Origin: Phoronis australis
Lineage: Eukaryota > Animalia > Phoronida
Length of the DNA stretch: 64,000 nucleotides
Direction: 5' to 3'
Assembly: GCA_002633005.1 (NCBI GenBank)
Contig: NMRA01000106.1
Coordinates: 725,655 to 789,654, forward strand
In this document: positions 62,501 to 64,000 of the stretch, piece by piece
How positions within the stretch are numbered: position 1 is the stretch's first letter
How the letters are laid out: every line of letters begins with the position of its first letter
The notes under the pieces: model-generated
Database searches by the model: none
What the model saw: only the letters and a program-made list of their open reading frames with translations
What the model was told of the DNA's origin: nothing
Made by a program: the position numbers and the translations under genes

Positions 62501-62919
62501 ACCAGGGGGCCAGCACTAAAGCCACACCAAACCCCCTCACTGTGCATGTTAAGTCAGAGCCAGCAGTAGAACCAGACACGGCGAATTCAGAAACACCCCA
62601 GTCACCTGGTACCCCAGTGAAGGATGAGCCAATGAAATCCCCAGGTACTCCTGTGTGTGATGAGATTTTGTCGCCAGGAACACCACTGAAAGACGAGGCC
62701 GTTACAGACGACGCCGAGCCCATGGATACGTCGAATATAAAGACTGAACCTACAGACACGTCTGTAACCACATCCGTCAACACATCTGAGAGTGGGGCAG
62801 ATGTTACTACTTCAGTTGGCGTTGCTACGGAAACTAGTGCAGCCGCTGTTAAGACTGAACCCGAAAGTGATATTAAAGAGGTCAACAAGCCTGATTCTGG
62901 TGTGTCCAGTGTTAGCTGA
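38510..62919 (+). CDS. PCF11: Pre-mRNA cleavage complex II protein PCF11, 16 coding exons: 38510-38662, 45611-45739, 47384-47566, 51213-51413, 52113-52263, 54856-55422, 55533-55795, 56200-56267, 56880-58681, 59220-59291, 59518-59669, 60182-60270, 60711-60894, 61322-61483, 61977-62205, 62468-62919; about 1618 aa
   Basis: N-terminal CID (SSLNDLTFNSKPLINMLTMLAEEN, KLPCVYLVDSILKNI, FKLRQTW, DPAWPI, IHVNPKF), Q-rich coiled coil, RDPRL motif, RS-rich region, F(D/E)(G/A)PP repeats, zinc fingers QCSSCGTRF...HLDWHFRQN and CAVCGDPF...YHHVC, RKWFY...DWI segment; phases consistent, total 4857 nt. Confidence 0.93.
42280..42478 (+). mobile_element. 3' fragment of the HINE-like family
   Basis: CATCTAGTGGCCATTTT...CTAATAAACACTCC...CATCTCAACGCTTTGCATTGCTCTTGTT. 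Confidence 0.55.
43938..44050. mobile_element. MITE family B, copy 5
   Basis: TTTGAGAACTAGTTTTCTCCTCTGAATAACTGACATCAAACTGGTTTTCAAAAT with the outer arm GACTATTGCCC. Confidence 0.72.
44135..44830 (+). mobile_element. Probable second HINE-like non-autonomous element; right end uncertain
   Basis: 5' hairpin ACTT..CGGAATTCTTCGAATTCCG..AAGT in T-rich context; repeated (A)AAGATGGC/GCCATTTTG, GGYCGCAATTTTT and AAATTTG motifs typical of such elements. Confidence 0.45.
46388..46537. mobile_element. 150-bp MITE with 17-bp TIRs and a 3-bp CTG TSD (PIF/Harbinger-type)
   Basis: GGCCCAGTTGCATAAAA...TTTTATGCAACTCAGCC, flanked by CTG at 46385-46387 and 46538-46540. Confidence 0.75.
48961..50561 (+). mobile_element. 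Helentron-associated (HINE/DINE-1-like) non-autonomous element with internal 425-445-bp tandem repeats
   Basis: 5' TTTATGCGCC...CATTATG and a degenerate GTCC motif; repeat unit marked by GTGCCCYCTAGTGGCAATTT at about 49128, 49570, 49995 and 50353; 3' end GCATTTCAACACTCCAGGTTGCTCTTGT shared with other copies. Confidence 0.68.
53549..54735 (+). mobile_element. Second copy of the HINE-like family (3'-truncated), PCF11 intron 5
   Basis: Collinear with 48961-50470; repeat marker at about 53722, 54168 and 54609. Confidence 0.68.
59050..59125. mobile_element. MITE family B, copy 6 (core)
   Basis: GAACCAGTTGGATGCCTATTATTCATTGGAGAAAACTGGTTCTCAAAAT. Confidence 0.68.
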
Positions 62920-63863
62920 CCTCAGGATGTGATACACTGGTAGCTCTAAGAATTTCGAAACTTGTTTCGAAAATGTGTCTACCAAGCGATGGTACTTGTT
63001 GAATCTTGTACTTTGGTCCATTCGTGCCAGATTTCATGTGGTCTTGAGTGATGGACAAACTTATTTAAATTCTCGCAATAAGTCGTGTGACTGAAGTCAC
63101 CAAGATAGGCTGGTTCGCTCATGGCCTGTAGTCAAGTGTTGCTACGTTAGTTCAGTGACCATGACCTTTGTTAATTGACTATTGATGTAGCTGTGATGTT
63201 AATACTAAGGTGATTTTAGCCTTGATTGGTTGATGTTGGTAATTTTTTAGCATATTCATGAAATCTCTTCATTAGCCACAATATGGGTTCTTTAGAAATT
63301 AACTTAAAGGTATCTGTAATTCTGTTTATGCCAAATTTTGTTAAAAGTACATTTGTTTGTTGCTGTGTCTTATGAACATATGCTATGGTTTGGGTCACTG
63401 TACATCTTGCTGAAAGTCTGGAGTTTGCGGATGTCTTGTCCGTGTTAAGTTAGAAATTTTTGTACAAATTTCTCTTAAACTGAAAATCTAAAAAGCTAAT
63501 TAATGTTACTTTTGTTTCAATAACTTGTATTGTTAAAAAACTGTTCTTTGCTTAATTAAGTTGCTCAAATGAAGATTGATATTAGATATATGTTTAGTAG
63601 TCGTAATCGTAAATGAATCTGAAATGAGGTCGCAAATGGACAAGGTAACACTAAACGGTCAAAATTTGGTGTTTGCGAAGTTTGGCTCTTAAGTTATGCA
63701 AAGTGCCCTTGGAGCACTCAAGTCTGCTGACAAACTTTCAAAACTTTGGGCGATACAGTACAAGACAAACGTAATCGTATAAAATGTTGTTTTCCCATTA
63801 CGACAGCTTATTCTGTTACAGCAAAAATGACTTGTTCAAACTATTATGGCGATAAAAACTCTG

Positions 63864-63869
63864 AATAAA
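63864..63869 (+). terminator. Candidate poly(A) signal of PCF11
   Basis: First AATAAA I found downstream of the stop at 62919. Confidence 0.3.
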
Positions 63870-64000
63870 GAATGAGTTGGCCACCTTCACCATTTAAGTC
63901 CTCTTCATTCTCGGCTGTGAGAGGAGACTACTGTGATGATGAATTCAGTTTCTGCCCAGCTGTCATGACGAGCATTTTCAGGTCATTTTGACAGAATACT

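Overview
AT-rich, intron-rich animal genomic DNA, probably from an invertebrate bilaterian (possibly a lophotrochozoan; the taxon is inferred, not shown). It holds four complete spliced genes in two head-to-head pairs: Rab33 (-) / NAA15 (+), then Rab30 (-) / PCF11 (+). I traced all coding exons by hand using GT-AG boundaries and phase, giving 254, 864, 202 and about 1618 aa. NAA15 introns host four box C/D snoRNAs: two SNORD62-like and two SNORD65-like, all guiding to one 18S region. NAA15 intron 1 holds the most unusual element: a tandem LTR-internal-LTR-internal-LTR miniature retrotransposon (TRIM, 6100-6935) with tRNA-derived Pol III A/B boxes in its LTRs, a tRNA-Ser PBS, a PPT and a 4-bp TSD. 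A 929-bp foldback element with a 9-bp TSD abuts it directly. Other signals: exon-end/donor-site echo arrays in NAA15 introns, an 18-19-aa repeat domain and a SUMO-motif-rich tail in PCF11, candidate intronic poly(A) sites in PCF11 intron 1, and several MITE and Helentron-type repeat families. Family names come from recall, not database searches.
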